A stretch of 64,000 bases of DNA. Source: an uncultured Gammaproteobacteria bacterium (lineage in GTDB: Bacteria; Pseudomonadota; Gammaproteobacteria; JACCXJ01). The position numbers and the translations under genes are program-made. Within the stretch, counting starts at the first letter, position 1. Each line of letters begins with the position of its first letter. A model generated the notes under the pieces. The model was not told the origin of the DNA and made no database searches. It saw only the letters and a program-made list of their open reading frames with translations. Shown here in pieces: positions 30,347-40,722 of the stretch. The stretch spans positions 32,001-96,000 of the forward strand of contig CAVXTM010000015.1 of NCBI GenBank assembly GCA_963764725.1, read 5' to 3'.

Positions 30347-31834
30347 ATGCTTCGCAACAGGTTGAAGCCGATGATCCAGGCCACGGTGTTGGGGCTGGTT
30401 GTGACCGTAGCGGGTATCTCATTGACCCAAGCGGCCAGCCACCGTGAAGCACCCCAGATTGCCCAGGACCCGCCCGCCGACATCACCGATGTCTACGCAT
30501 TCCGGAACTGGGGAAACCCCGACAATGTCGTGTTCATCATGAACGTGATCCCCGCTCAGGAGCCGAGCTCGGGGCCGAATTACTTCTTCTTCGACGACAA
30601 GGTCGCCTATGACTTCAACCTCGATGTCAACCAGGACGGCGTGGCCGAGGACATCATCTACCGGGTCCGTTTTACGACCAAAATCCGTTCCCCGTTCAAC
30701 GACCTACCCGTGGCTTATGCGGGCGTGGACGGCGTGCCGGGGCTGCCGCCCGGGATCCGTGATCTGACCGGTCCGGATGCGGCCGGTCTCGGGTTGCGAC
30801 AGCGTTACACCGTCACCGAGATCCGCAACGGCAAGTCGCGCGACTTGGGGAGCGGCAGTATGTTCGCCGTGCCGTCAAACATCGGCCCACGGAGCATTCC
30901 CGACTACGAGAACTTGTCAGCAAAGGGGATCTATGCCCTTACCAACGGCGGGCGGGTCTTCACCGGACAGCGCGACGAGACGTTTTATATCGATCTCGGC
31001 GCCACGTTCGACACGCTGAACTTCCGTCGGACCCCGATACTCAGCGCCGCAGAGGACCAGAACGACCGCGTCAACCCCTTTGGCGTGGACATGTTCTCCG
31101 GCTTCAACGTTAACACCATAGCGCTCGAGATCCCCATCTCGGAGATCGTCAAAGGCTCGAAGAGCGTGATCGGCCTGTACGCCTCGACCAGCCGGCCCAG
31201 GGTGCTCCAGATCCTGGGGAATGGAACCTCGGTCGGAACGGGCGCATTTGTTCAGGTTGCGCGCATGGGTAACCCGCTCATCAATGAGCTGGTCATCGGC
31301 ACGGGGCGCAAGGATAACTGGAACGCCACCGATCCGAAGAATGAGGCGCAGTTTCGGAGCTTCTACCTCAATCCCCGGCTGGCCGCCGTGATCAACCTGG
31401 CCTTTGGGGTCCCCATCCCGACGCCTCCACGCACGGATCTGATCGGGGCCCTGCTCAAGTATCCGGGCCAGGACGCAACGACTTGTACACGCGCGAATCG
31501 TTGCTCCGAGCTGCTGCGCCTGGACGTAGCGGCGCCTCCTACGCAGCCCGCACAACAGAAACGGCTAGGCGGTCTGGCCGGCGATCCGGCGGGTTTCCCG
31601 AATGGCCGCCGTCCCAATGACGATGTGACCGATATCGTCCTGCGGGTCGTGGCCGGGGCGTTCTTGGGTGCGGTCCCGAATCTCGGCGACGGCGTCAACT
31701 TCAACATCGGCGCGCCGGGTTCCAATTTAACGGCCAATGGCATATACCAGGTCTTCCCGTTCCTTCCGACACCCTTCGACGGCCGGAATCGCCGGCACAT
31801 CGACTGTGATGAGGCCGGCGCCAACCCCTGTTAG
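30347..31834 (+). CDS. DUF4331 domain secreted protein
   Basis: RBS AGGAGG; signal peptide then ASHREAP; DITDVYAF, G.NVN.IALE, R.GNPLINE, GFPNGRRP.DDV.D. Confidence 0.88.
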   Translation: MLRNRLKPMIQATVLGLVVTVAGISLTQAASHREAPQIAQDPPADITDVYAFRNWGNPDNVVFIMNVIPAQEPSSGPNYFFFDDKVAYDFNLDVNQDGVAEDIIYRVRFTTKIRSPFNDLPVAYAGVDGVPGLPPGIRDLTGPDAAGLGLRQRYTVTEIRNGKSRDLGSGSMFAVPSNIGPRSIPDYENLSAKGIYALTNGGRVFTGQRDETFYIDLGATFDTLNFRRTPILSAAEDQNDRVNPFGVDMFSGFNVNTIALEIPISEIVKGSKSVIGLYASTSRPRVLQILGNGTSVGTGAFVQVARMGNPLINELVIGTGRKDNWNATDPKNEAQFRSFYLNPRLAAVINLAFGVPIPTPPRTDLIGALLKYPGQDATTCTRANRCSELLRLDVAAPPTQPAQQKRLGGLAGDPAGFPNGRRPNDDVTDIVLRVVAGAFLGAVPNLGDGVNFNIGAPGSNLTANGIYQVFPFLPTPFDGRNRRHIDCDEAGANPC

Positions 31835-31865
31835 GTGACGCGAGTAGAGATCGGCCGGCCTGCTC

Positions 31866-33032
31866 ATGAAACACTTACCCGTCGGTCTCGTCATGGTGCT
31901 GCTCTGTGATCTCGCGCAGGCGGCCGCCTATATCCCGATGACTGACGGGGAAGTGCTCGAACGGTTGCCGATCTCTGTCCACCGCGTTGCACGCGAGTTA
32001 CGGGATCTGCGCCTGAGAGTGCAACAGGAGCCCAAGCAAGTCGGGTACGCCACGGACCTTGCCAGGCGTTATCTCGAGATCGGACGCGCGGAAGCGGATC
32101 CGCGCTATGCCGGCTACGCCGAAGCGGTGCTGCAACCGTGGTGGGAAATGGCAGACGCGCCGGCCGAGGTGGGGGTTCTGCGGGCCGCGGTGCGCCAGCA
32201 TAGGCACGAATTCAGCGCGGCTTTGAAGGATCTCGATCGAGTACTGGCCAAGGACCCGCGCAACGGCCAGGCCTGGCTGATGCGCTCCACGATCCTGACA
32301 GTGATTGGACGTTATCCCGAAGCGAGGCAGAGTTGTCTCGCCCTGCTGCGCCTTGCCGATGCGCTCGTCGTGACAGCCTGTCTCGGCGCGGTGGAAAGCC
32401 TAACGGGGCGCGCGCGCCCGAGCTACGCGGCGCTCGACGGGGCAATCCAATCCGCGCCCGAGGCCGATCCGGCGACGCGGCTCTGGGCACTGACCTTACT
32501 CGGCGAGCTCGCCGCGCGGCTCGGCGAATTCGCCCAAGCGGAGCGGCACTTCGTGGAAGCGATGGGTCTCGGGCGCCGCGATGTGTACTTGCTCTTCGCC
32601 TACGCGGATTTTTTGCTGGATCAAGGCCGCTACGCGGAGGTCGCCCGGCTCTTGCGCACCGAGACGCGCGTCGATGGCTTGCTCTTGCGCGTAGCGCTCG
32701 CGGAACACGCACTGGGCTTGGATACCACCGAGAGGGTAACGAATCTCAAGGCGCGCTTTGAAGCCGGCCGGGTACGCGGTCCGTTCTTGCACCCCGGAGA
32801 GGAGGCGAGGTTTAGCTTGGTGTTGTTAAAAGAACCGCGGCGGGCCGTGCAATTGGCGCGTGCGAATTGGTCGCTTCAGCGTGAGCCCGGCGACGCGCGC
32901 ATCCTGCTCGAAGCGGCGCGCGTCGCGAACGATGCCCGAGCCGCCGGCCCGGTTCTGAAGATGTTGGCGCGGGCGGGAACGGAGGATGTGGTCTTGCGCC
33001 GCTTGGCGGCAAGCTTTAACGCGGTGGAGTGA
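31866..33032 (+). CDS. Periplasmic TPR-repeat protein
   Basis: Signal peptide, tandem helical repeats; usual DUF4331 partner. Confidence 0.8.
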   Translation: MKHLPVGLVMVLLCDLAQAAAYIPMTDGEVLERLPISVHRVARELRDLRLRVQQEPKQVGYATDLARRYLEIGRAEADPRYAGYAEAVLQPWWEMADAPAEVGVLRAAVRQHRHEFSAALKDLDRVLAKDPRNGQAWLMRSTILTVIGRYPEARQSCLALLRLADALVVTACLGAVESLTGRARPSYAALDGAIQSAPEADPATRLWALTLLGELAARLGEFAQAERHFVEAMGLGRRDVYLLFAYADFLLDQGRYAEVARLLRTETRVDGLLLRVALAEHALGLDTTERVTNLKARFEAGRVRGPFLHPGEEARFSLVLLKEPRRAVQLARANWSLQREPGDARILLEAARVANDARAAGPVLKMLARAGTEDVVLRRLAASFNAVE

Positions 33033-33085
33033 GAGCTTGGGAATAAATCTACTGCGCAGCCCGCCCGCATCGTTGCAGCGCCGGG
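33033..33085 (+). repeat. MITE family A remnant overlapping the HupE/UreJ 5' end
   Basis: TGA|GAGCTTGGGAATAAATCTACTGCGCA matches the end at 38186. Confidence 0.55.
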
Positions 33086-34197
33086 TCGTTGGATGCCTGT
33101 TCCTCATCCTGGCCGGGCAGGCCTGGGCGCATAAGGCCAGCGACAGCTACCTAGACGTGAACGCGGGCGATGAGCGCATTGAAGTGCGGTGGGACATCGC
33201 GTTGCGCGATCTGGATTTCGCCATCGGCCTCGATGGCGACGGCGATGGGGCGATCACCTGGGGCGAGGTCCGCGCTCGCCAGCGAACGATCCGGGACTAC
33301 GTCATGCCGCACCTGCGTTTTGGGAGCGGCGATGCCCAATGCGCGCCGCGGGGCGAGCGACAGCTCATCGATCATCATAACGACGGCGCCTATGCCGTTT
33401 TGAAGTTCGAGCTTACCTGTCCGCCGAGCGCCAAGGATGTTCACATCCATTATGACTTGCTCTTCGATCTCGATGCGGCGCACCGCGGGCTGCTGCGTTT
33501 GGCCTACCGCGGGAGTACCCAGCCGGCAATCTTCAGCCCCGCACACCCGCGCCAATCGTTTTCCCTGGGATCGCTGAACCCGCTGGATGGGTTTCTAGCC
33601 TATTGCCGCGAGGGGGTGTGGCACATCTGGATGGGCTACGATCATGTGCTGTTCTTGCTCAGCTTGTTGTTGCCGGCGGTATTGCATCGCCGTGGGCGGG
33701 TCTGGGTCGAGGCCGATGATTTTCGGGCCGCTTTCCTCGATGTCGTAAAGATTGTTACGGCCTTCACCTTGGCGCATTCCGTCACGCTCAGCCTCGCCGC
33801 GCTCGGATCCCTCAAGCTGCCCTCGCGGTGGGTCGAAACCGCCATCGCCGCTTCGATTATCGTGTCGGCGCTGAATAATCTCTATCCGGTCGCGTATCGC
33901 CAGCGCTGGTCGCTGGCGTTAGTCTTCGGCCTGATTCATGGCCTGGGCTTCGCGAATGTGCTCGGGGACCTCGGCCTGCCGGCCGGCGGGCGAGTGCTGG
34001 CCTTGCTCGGGTTCAATTTCGGTGTCGAGCTTGGACAGCTCGTGATCGTGAGCGCCTTCCTGCCCTTGGCTTTTAGCGCGCGCGCGACGCGGGCCTACCG
34101 GGCGATTGTCCTCGGTCTCGGATCGTCGGCGATTGCCCTCCTTGGCTTCCTGTGGTTTGTCGAGCGTGGGTTCAACCTCGAAATTCTAGGGAGCTAG
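33037..34197 (+). CDS. HupE/UreJ family protein with N-terminal periplasmic domain (start uncertain)
   Basis: HIW.GYDH.LFL, TAFTLAHS.TL, FGLIHGLGFA, FN.GVELGQ; TTG at 33037 with GGAG upstream. Confidence 0.85.
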   Translation: MGINLLRSPPASLQRRVVGCLFLILAGQAWAHKASDSYLDVNAGDERIEVRWDIALRDLDFAIGLDGDGDGAITWGEVRARQRTIRDYVMPHLRFGSGDAQCAPRGERQLIDHHNDGAYAVLKFELTCPPSAKDVHIHYDLLFDLDAAHRGLLRLAYRGSTQPAIFSPAHPRQSFSLGSLNPLDGFLAYCREGVWHIWMGYDHVLFLLSLLLPAVLHRRGRVWVEADDFRAAFLDVVKIVTAFTLAHSVTLSLAALGSLKLPSRWVETAIAASIIVSALNNLYPVAYRQRWSLALVFGLIHGLGFANVLGDLGLPAGGRVLALLGFNFGVELGQLVIVSAFLPLAFSARATRAYRAIVLGLGSSAIALLGFLWFVERGFNLEILGS

Positions 34198-34361
34198 CTT
34201 CTCGGCCGCGGTCGTCGCTTCCGCATCAGCTCGCTCTTGTCGGACTCACCACTCAGCAACGCCGCAGTCCGATTGCGTGCCGGCTCGCTCGCAGTTACTC
34301 TTGCCATCGGGATGCAGTAGTGTCTCGGTTTGAATTTCAGCTATCGGGCCACGAGCAGTCG

Positions 34362-34592
34362 CTCGCGCCGACCGCCGGCAAGAGCGCCACCTGTAAGAGC
34401 TGTGGCCACTGCTCGTGGATGGGGGTGAACGGGCTGCGAAAGCTCGCCGATGCGTTAGAGAGGGGTGCCAACGAGGTGTTTCTCGACCGCGACATCGTCG
34501 AGCGGGCGCGGATCCCGATGGAGCGGCTGCTCCGTTTTGCCGCCGCCAAAGGGCGGGTCGTGCCTGGGGCCAACGATCCTGAGAGCTTGTGA
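34362..34592 (+). pseudogene. nadA: 3' fragment of quinolinate synthase
   Basis: APTAGKSATCKSCGHCSWM..NGL...NEV.LD....RA..PMERLL.F matches the NadA C-terminus; the rest is absent. Confidence 0.75.
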
Positions 34593-34649
34593 ATATATCG
34601 TCGCGAGCATCCCGAGGGCAACGAGCCGCGGAGCGAGCAACGAGGCATC
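34583..34649 (+). mobile_element. Half copy of MITE family A
   Basis: GAGCTTGTGAATATATCGTCGCGAGCA..GAGCCGCGGAGCGAGCAACGAG aligns to the reverse complement of 38260-38329. Confidence 0.65.
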
Positions 34650-34662
34650 ATCGGCGCGCGCC

Positions 34663-35319
34663 ATGCAAACTACCGCTCCCGCGAGCGATCAAACCCCGGA
34701 GGCCATCGTCCTCGTGCATGGGCTGTATTTGCACAGCGACTGGGGCATGGCGGTGTTGCGTTACAGGCTGGCCTCCATGGGCTTTGCCGCCTTCCGATTC
34801 TCGTATCCATCGGTCGGTGCAAGCCCGGAGCACAACGCACGGTGTCTCGGGAGTTTTCTCGAGCGCATCCAGGCACCGACGATACACCTGGTGGGACATA
34901 GTCTCGGTGGCCTGGTGATCCGCCATCTGTTTCACCTGTCTCTCGAGCTGCGACCGGGGCGCGTGGTGACCTTAGCGACGCCCCACCAAGGCAGTTCCGT
35001 CGCGGCGAGACTCGCGCAGACCTCGGCTGGGCTGTTTGCACTGGGGAAGAGTCTCGATCACGGCTTGCGGGGAGATGCGCCGGCGTGGACCGGCGCGCGC
35101 GAGCTGGGCGTGATCGCGGGCAGCCGGAGCCTGGGGCTAGGTCGGATGGTCGCTACCCTGAACGGCTTGAATGACGGCACCGTGGCCGTCTCGGAAGCCT
35201 CGCTTCCGAACGCGACGGACTTGGTCATTCTGCCTGTCACACACTTCGGGATGTTGTTCTCGGCCATAGTGGCTCGCCAGGTCCGGCAGTTCCTGCGATC
35301 GGGGCGTTTCGGAGCATAG
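34663..35319 (+). CDS. Alpha/beta hydrolase (lipase/esterase-like)
   Basis: LVHGL, GHSLGG, LATPHQGS, NDGTV, H.GML. Confidence 0.88.
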   Translation: MQTTAPASDQTPEAIVLVHGLYLHSDWGMAVLRYRLASMGFAAFRFSYPSVGASPEHNARCLGSFLERIQAPTIHLVGHSLGGLVIRHLFHLSLELRPGRVVTLATPHQGSSVAARLAQTSAGLFALGKSLDHGLRGDAPAWTGARELGVIAGSRSLGLGRMVATLNGLNDGTVAVSEASLPNATDLVILPVTHFGMLFSAIVARQVRQFLRSGRFGA

Positions 35320-35462
35320 TTGCTACTGTTCCATTCGGTCTTCCTCTCTACCAGCGTGATTTTGACCAACCACTGATGAGCATCGGTGATGTCCCACCAT
35401 CGGTGGTGCGAGCTAAACCGACCGCGGTGGCGGGCCCTGCCTCAAAGCTAGTTACGGCAGCC

Positions 35463-35495
35463 GTTTTGCGCCAAATACCACCGGGCGCGCAAAAC
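35463..35495. terminator. Possible terminator hairpin between convergent genes
   Basis: GTTTTGCGC ... GCGCAAAAC inverted repeat. Confidence 0.3.
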
Positions 35496-35516
35496 AACGC
35501 GTCGGTGAACTCTGCT

Positions 35517-37145
35517 TTAGGTGCCCACGCTGCCCGACCGCTCACCAAAGAGTTCTCCCTGTTGCCACACTGAGGAACGGAGTTCGGGCCAGCGCTCGAC
35601 GAGGGGCGCTGCGGAGATGCGCCCGAGTTCGCTCGGCTCGATCTTGTTTAGCCCCCCGCCGTATACACGACCCTCGCCGCGTAGCTCGTGGCCGGTGATA
35701 CGTGCCAGGACTGCGTGCACGTCGGCGGCGCGGCCGGGGTGCTTACGGAGCATGGCCGCGAGGGCATTCAGCGGGTAGAGCATGAGATAGAGATTCGTCC
35801 CGATGGCCTTTGATCGGTTGAGGATGAAGCGGAACGGCTGCTTATCGTTCGCGCCGCGGCCCATGTATGTGCAGAGGAAAGGGGCGGGGAGGCGCTGCTC
35901 TTGCCTGTACCACGGGCTGCGCTTGCCGACGAGGTAGCGGTCCATGATGCCCAGCGCTGCAGCGGTTCGTAGGTATTCCCAGAGGGCCGGATGCCGCTGT
36001 TCCACAACATGCTCCGGGAGGTCGCAGTCTATGACGCACAGTTGGCGGTCGAGGACCGGGTAGCCGTCGTCGTCGCCTTCAATGACGGTGGTCTTGAGAT
36101 GCCTCGGGCTCGGCAGGATCGGGCGGAGATACTTCGTCGGGAGGCCGAGACCCTTGGCGTCGGCGCGGTCGAGTACGAAGAATTTGTTGCTCCCCGTGGC
36201 GATTCCGCGCTGGATCCGGAAGAACCCAGAGAGTGTCGGGCCATTGCTGTCGCTGGCAGTGTGCCGGTCGTTCCTGGCGTGGCTCGGATACGCGGTCCAC
36301 TTGCGGGACTCGCGCAAACGTTCGAGCGCGATTCGGTCGCTGGCGTGCGGCTCGTTCAAGGTGCCGCCGAACGTGAGCTCGACCTCGTGGCTTTGGGGCG
36401 GCGGGGCCTTTCTGAACACGAGAACGACCGACGACACCAGGGCATCGCCGAACTGAACATCGTCAGGATCGAACCGATGTGTGCGGATGAGCGTAACGCG
36501 ATCGGTGAGGTAGCGCCTGAGGGCAGCGCCATAGTTGACGTCCATGAACTCCGACGGGACGAGCCACCCGGCGTACCCGCCATCCTCCATCCACGCCGTG
36601 GCGAGCAGGAGGAAGTAGACGTACAGACCGGCTAGGCCGCTGACTTCGACACCGGTCATCTGGTACGCAAGCCGTTGCAGGCGCTCCTTATCCTGGTGGT
36701 CCATGTGGTGGTGGCGGACGTAAGGTGGGTTGGCCAGGATGAGGTCGGGCGCGGACGGGCGAGATGCATTGGCGACGACACGAGTAAAGTCGCCGCGTAC
36801 GAGTTCAAGCGCGGTGTCGGACCACAACTCCCGGGCGGCCTCGCAGAAGGCCGGATCGAGTTCGATACCGACGGCGCTTCTGATGCGCTTGGGGCCGAAC
36901 ACCGCGAGCGCCGCCGAGAAGAAGCTGCCGGAACCGATCGAGGGATCGGCGAAGCGGACACCGCGCTTACGGTCGTCGATCAGCGAGTCCACGTACCGGG
37001 TGATGTCGATGGCGAGGGCGTTGGGCGTGGCGAACTGGCCGAGGCGGTTCCGCTCGGCCACCGACCTGGTGGTATCGATGGCCGCTTGAATTGTTTGGCG
37101 CCGCGTCTCGGTCGGGTTGTCATGCTGCGCAATCATGCCGGTCAC
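35517..37145 (-). CDS. N6-adenine DNA methyltransferase of a type II R-M system (XamI-type)
   Basis: GQFATP, DPSIGSG.F, NPPY, RGIATG.N.FF, YGGGL.KIEP.E; 4-bp overlap with nuclease. Confidence 0.9.
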   Translation of the reverse strand: MTGMIAQHDNPTETRRQTIQAAIDTTRSVAERNRLGQFATPNALAIDITRYVDSLIDDRKRGVRFADPSIGSGSFFSAALAVFGPKRIRSAVGIELDPAFCEAARELWSDTALELVRGDFTRVVANASRPSAPDLILANPPYVRHHHMDHQDKERLQRLAYQMTGVEVSGLAGLYVYFLLLATAWMEDGGYAGWLVPSEFMDVNYGAALRRYLTDRVTLIRTHRFDPDDVQFGDALVSSVVLVFRKAPPPQSHEVELTFGGTLNEPHASDRIALERLRESRKWTAYPSHARNDRHTASDSNGPTLSGFFRIQRGIATGSNKFFVLDRADAKGLGLPTKYLRPILPSPRHLKTTVIEGDDDGYPVLDRQLCVIDCDLPEHVVEQRHPALWEYLRTAAALGIMDRYLVGKRSPWYRQEQRLPAPFLCTYMGRGANDKQPFRFILNRSKAIGTNLYLMLYPLNALAAMLRKHPGRAADVHAVLARITGHELRGEGRVYGGGLNKIEPSELGRISAAPLVERWPELRSSVWQQGELFGERSGSVGT

Positions 37146-38101
37146 AACCCCAGTTTCGCAAGGTCGTCGATGCGATGTTCCCAGACCCAGTCGATGCCCT
37201 CCGCCGCCTCGTACCCCAAGTAGTCGCTGCCGAAGTAGCCGCAGAGGAACAGCACGTAGCGTAAGTTCTCACCATACGTCGCCTGGAGTTGGTGCACCTT
37301 CGTCGCCTCTTCCTTGCGGCGCTTGTTGGTGTTGGTGAAGTCACCCGCCGACTTGGCCTCGATGAGGATGGGCAGGCGGCCCTTCCGCGGCTTGTTGGGC
37401 TGGATGACCACGTCGGCGGGGATGTTGACTTTGACCGTGTTGCCGACGGCTAGGTTCATGCGGAAGCTGTACGTGGCCGACTGCATCTCGGTCAGCGGCT
37501 TCCCCGCGGCATGGGGCTGTTTCCGATACCCGCGTTTGTCGAGATAGTCGCCAATCATGGCGAGTTGCCGTTGCTCCTGCGCGTTGCGGACGATCGGGTT
37601 CGCCACGGCGCTGCACAGCCGGTCAGCGACGATCGTTGATGCCCGGTCGCGTTCGTGGTCAGTCGGGTCTTTCGCCGTGTCCAGCCACGGGAAGATGTCG
37701 CGGTCCAGGAGCTTTGTCAGCACGAGGCAGACTTTGGTTATGTTTTCATCGAGCAGTTTGGCCTTCATCCGTGAGGCCAGCTTTCCTTCCTCCATGCTGC
37801 CGATGAGCGACTTGTTCGCCCCAGCAAGCCCGACCAGCCGGTCCACCGCCAGCGGCGGAGCGGTACACATGCGAAGCGTTGGGAGCGCGCTGGGGTTCGC
37901 CCGCAGCGTCGCGGCATCCAGACTCCGCAGATCGCGAGTGGCGAGGAGAGCGGTCTTGACGTGCTCGGTGGTTTTTACGCGCGTCGACCGGAACGCCTCG
38001 GGCGCGAACCGCATGAACCACTGGTTGAACTGGTCAACAGAGGTTGCGATGTCGGCTTTCCAGAGATGCGGCTTGTCGGCGTTGATCCGGCGAGGTTTCA
38101 T
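37142..38101 (-). CDS. XamI family restriction endonuclease
   Basis: IFPWL, P.D...[20 protein letters not shown] (PD-(D/E)xK), GIDWVWEHR. Confidence 0.85.
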   Translation of the reverse strand: MKPRRINADKPHLWKADIATSVDQFNQWFMRFAPEAFRSTRVKTTEHVKTALLATRDLRSLDAATLRANPSALPTLRMCTAPPLAVDRLVGLAGANKSLIGSMEEGKLASRMKAKLLDENITKVCLVLTKLLDRDIFPWLDTAKDPTDHERDRASTIVADRLCSAVANPIVRNAQEQRQLAMIGDYLDKRGYRKQPHAAGKPLTEMQSATYSFRMNLAVGNTVKVNIPADVVIQPNKPRKGRLPILIEAKSAGDFTNTNKRRKEEATKVHQLQATYGENLRYVLFLCGYFGSDYLGYEAAEGIDWVWEHRIDDLAKLGL

Positions 38102-38185
38102 GAGATCCCGTTGTTCACGGCTACTGCGTCCTCGGTTGTCGCGGCAAGCGCTCGGCGTCAGGTCATGAGCAGCGTGCAATGCTCA

Positions 38186-38329
38186 GAGGTTGAGAATAAA
38201 TCTGCTGTGCATGCCGATCGCTGCGTCGCGTGGTCGCTCGCTCCTCGCCTATCGAGTTTGATATGTCTCGTCGCTCGTTCCGCGGCTCCTGGCGCTCGGA
38301 CTTGCTCGCGACGATTTTCTCGCAACCTC
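38186..38329. mobile_element. 144-bp MITE (family A), full copy
   Basis: Imperfect TIRs GAGGTTGAGAA / TTCTCGCAACCTC flanked by TCA and TGA; same size and core as 12372-12514, opposite orientation. Confidence 0.75.
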
Positions 38330-38338
38330 TGAGGCCTG

Positions 38339-40531
38339 CTAGAGCAGCGGCACGATCATCAAGGCCACGATGTTGATGATCTTTATGAGCGGGTTGATCG
38401 CGGGGCCGGCCGTATCTTTGTAGGGATCGCCCACGGTGTCGCCCGTCACCGCTGCCTTGTGGGCGTCTGAACCCTTGCCCCCATGATGGCCGTCCTCGAT
38501 ATACTTCTTGGCGTTGTCCCAGGCGCCGCCCCCTACGGTCATCGAGATGGCCACGAAGATCCCGGTGACGATGGTGCCTAGCAGTAGACCTCCAAGCGCC
38601 TTGGGACCCGCATCGCCGCCCATCAGCAAACCGAGCCCCAAGGCCACGGCGATCGGCACCAGGACCGGCAAGAGCGAAGGGACGATCATCTCCTTGATGG
38701 CGGCCCGGGTCAGCAGGTCCACGGCCGTGGAGTAATCGGGCTTCGCGGTGCCCTCCATGATCCCCGGGATCTCGCGGAATTGCCGTCGCACCTCCACGAC
38801 TACCGAGCTCGCGGCCCGGCCGACGGCCTCCATGGCCATCGCAGCGAAGAGGTAGGGGACGAGACCCCCGATGAAGAGACCGATGATCACCGCCGGATCC
38901 GAGAGTTCGAAGCTTATCTTCATTCCGGCGTGCTCCAAGCTGTGGGTATAGTCAGCGAACAATACCAAGGCCGCGAGTCCCGCCGAACCGATGGCATACC
39001 CTTTGGTCACGGCCTTGGTCGTGTTTCCGACGGCATCGAGCGGATCGGTGATCCCGCGCACCTCGGGCGGGAGATCGGCCATCTCGGCGATGCCGCCGGC
39101 GTTGTCGGTGATGGGACCGTAGGCGTCGAGAGCCACGATAATGCCGGTCATCGACAGCATGCTGGTCGCGGCGATCGCGATCCCGTAGATGCCCGCGAAG
39201 GCATAGGCGAGAAAAATGCTCGCGCAGACGGCCAGAACGGGAAGCGCCGTCGCCTTCATTGAGACCGCAAGCCCGGCGATGATATTGGTCGCGTGTCCGG
39301 TGGTCAACGCCTCCGCGATATGGCGTACCGGCGCATACTGGGTGCCCGTATAGTATTCCGTAACCCAGACCAGCGCCCCCGTGAGCGCGAGACCCACGAG
39401 GGAGGACAGATACAAGGCGATGACGTTGTATTCGTCCACGCTCCACATCATGAAAATCGTAACGGGTAGAAAGGCAACCGCCGCAATCCCTCCCGCGACG
39501 ATCAATCCGCGATAGAGGGCGTCCATGATCTTGCCGCCTTCCGCGGCCTTGACGAAAAACGTGCCGATGATCGAGGCGATGATCGACACCCCCCCGAGTG
39601 CGAGCGGATAGAGCACCGCGTCCGCTGCGGCGCTTTTCACCAGCAAAGTCCCGAGCAGCATTGTGGCGATTACGGTAACGGCATAGGTCTCGAAGAGATC
39701 GGCCGCCATGCCCGCGCAATCGCCGACATTATCCCCCACGTTATCCGCGATGACGGCGGGATTTCTGGGATCATCTTCCGGGATCCCGGCCTCGACCTTG
39801 CCGACCAGATCAGCGCCGACATCGGCGCCCTTGGTGAAGATGCCGCCGCCCAAGCGCGCGAAGATCGAGATCAAGGAACCGCCGAAGCCTAAACCGACGA
39901 GCGGGGCAAGGTCCACTGTTGTACCCTCGGGGGTGAGTGCCGCGAGCAGAGCGTAATAACCGGCCACGCCTAATAGCCCGAGGCCCACGACCAAGAGTCC
40001 GGTGATCGCGCCGCCTCGAAACGCTAGGGTCAATGCGGGGTTAAGACCGCTCTTTGCCGCCTCGGCAGTACGCAGATTCGAGCGCACCGAGATGTTCATG
40101 CCGATGTAGCCCGTCGCGCCCGAGAGCACCGCTCCCAGCAAGAAGCCAAAGGCCGTTTTCCAATCGAGCACGATCCCGATGAGGAGAAACAATCCGGTCC
40201 CGACCTTGGCGATCGTCGTGTATTGGCGATTGAGATAGGCCGATGCCCCTTGCTGAATAGCGGCGGCAATCTCGCGCATCCGTTCGGAGCCTTCTGGTTG
40301 CGCCAGGATCCATTGCACCGACCAGGCTCCATAAGCGATGGCCAGGCCGCCGCACACCAGCGCGAAGGCGAGCGACAATGATCCCAGCAAGAAGCTCAGT
40401 ATCAGTATCGCCGCGGCGACGCCCCCTGCGATAGTCAGATATTGGCTGTTGCCAAGCACTGTTTTTAGAAAGCTTTGCCCTTCCTGCCGCACCTCGAGAG
40501 CTATTTCTTGTACCGCGCTAGCGACTTGCAT
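38339..40531 (-). CDS. hppA: Membrane H+-translocating pyrophosphatase, K+-independent type
   Basis: [26 protein letters not shown] (Lys signature), [10 protein letters not shown]. Confidence 0.95.
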   Translation of the reverse strand: MQVASAVQEIALEVRQEGQSFLKTVLGNSQYLTIAGGVAAAILILSFLLGSLSLAFALVCGGLAIAYGAWSVQWILAQPEGSERMREIAAAIQQGASAYLNRQYTTIAKVGTGLFLLIGIVLDWKTAFGFLLGAVLSGATGYIGMNISVRSNLRTAEAAKSGLNPALTLAFRGGAITGLLVVGLGLLGVAGYYALLAALTPEGTTVDLAPLVGLGFGGSLISIFARLGGGIFTKGADVGADLVGKVEAGIPEDDPRNPAVIADNVGDNVGDCAGMAADLFETYAVTVIATMLLGTLLVKSAAADAVLYPLALGGVSIIASIIGTFFVKAAEGGKIMDALYRGLIVAGGIAAVAFLPVTIFMMWSVDEYNVIALYLSSLVGLALTGALVWVTEYYTGTQYAPVRHIAEALTTGHATNIIAGLAVSMKATALPVLAVCASIFLAYAFAGIYGIAIAATSMLSMTGIIVALDAYGPITDNAGGIAEMADLPPEVRGITDPLDAVGNTTKAVTKGYAIGSAGLAALVLFADYTHSLEHAGMKISFELSDPAVIIGLFIGGLVPYLFAAMAMEAVGRAASSVVVEVRRQFREIPGIMEGTAKPDYSTAVDLLTRAAIKEMIVPSLLPVLVPIAVALGLGLLMGGDAGPKALGGLLLGTIVTGIFVAISMTVGGGAWDNAKKYIEDGHHGGKGSDAHKAAVTGDTVGDPYKDTAGPAINPLIKIINIVALMIVPLL

Positions 40532-40660
40532 GTGAGGACTCCCCTATGGCATTAAAAAAGGGGCAGCCGCCCCGTAGGATTATGCGGTCAATATTAATGG
40601 ATTATGATCGACGTTGGAAGTGAAAGCGGTTGCCGAAGGCTAGGTTCTTTCTGTAATCTG

Positions 40661-40710
40661 CCCCCATGGGGTTGCATACCCCGTGGTGGCGAAATCTAAA
40701 TTGACTTTTT
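40661..40710. repeat. Repeat family B, copy 3 (3' half only)
   Basis: CCCCATGGGGTTGCATACCCCGTGGTGGCGAAATCTAAATTGACTTT matches 25046-25094. Confidence 0.7.
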
Positions 40711-40722
40711 GAGATTACGACT

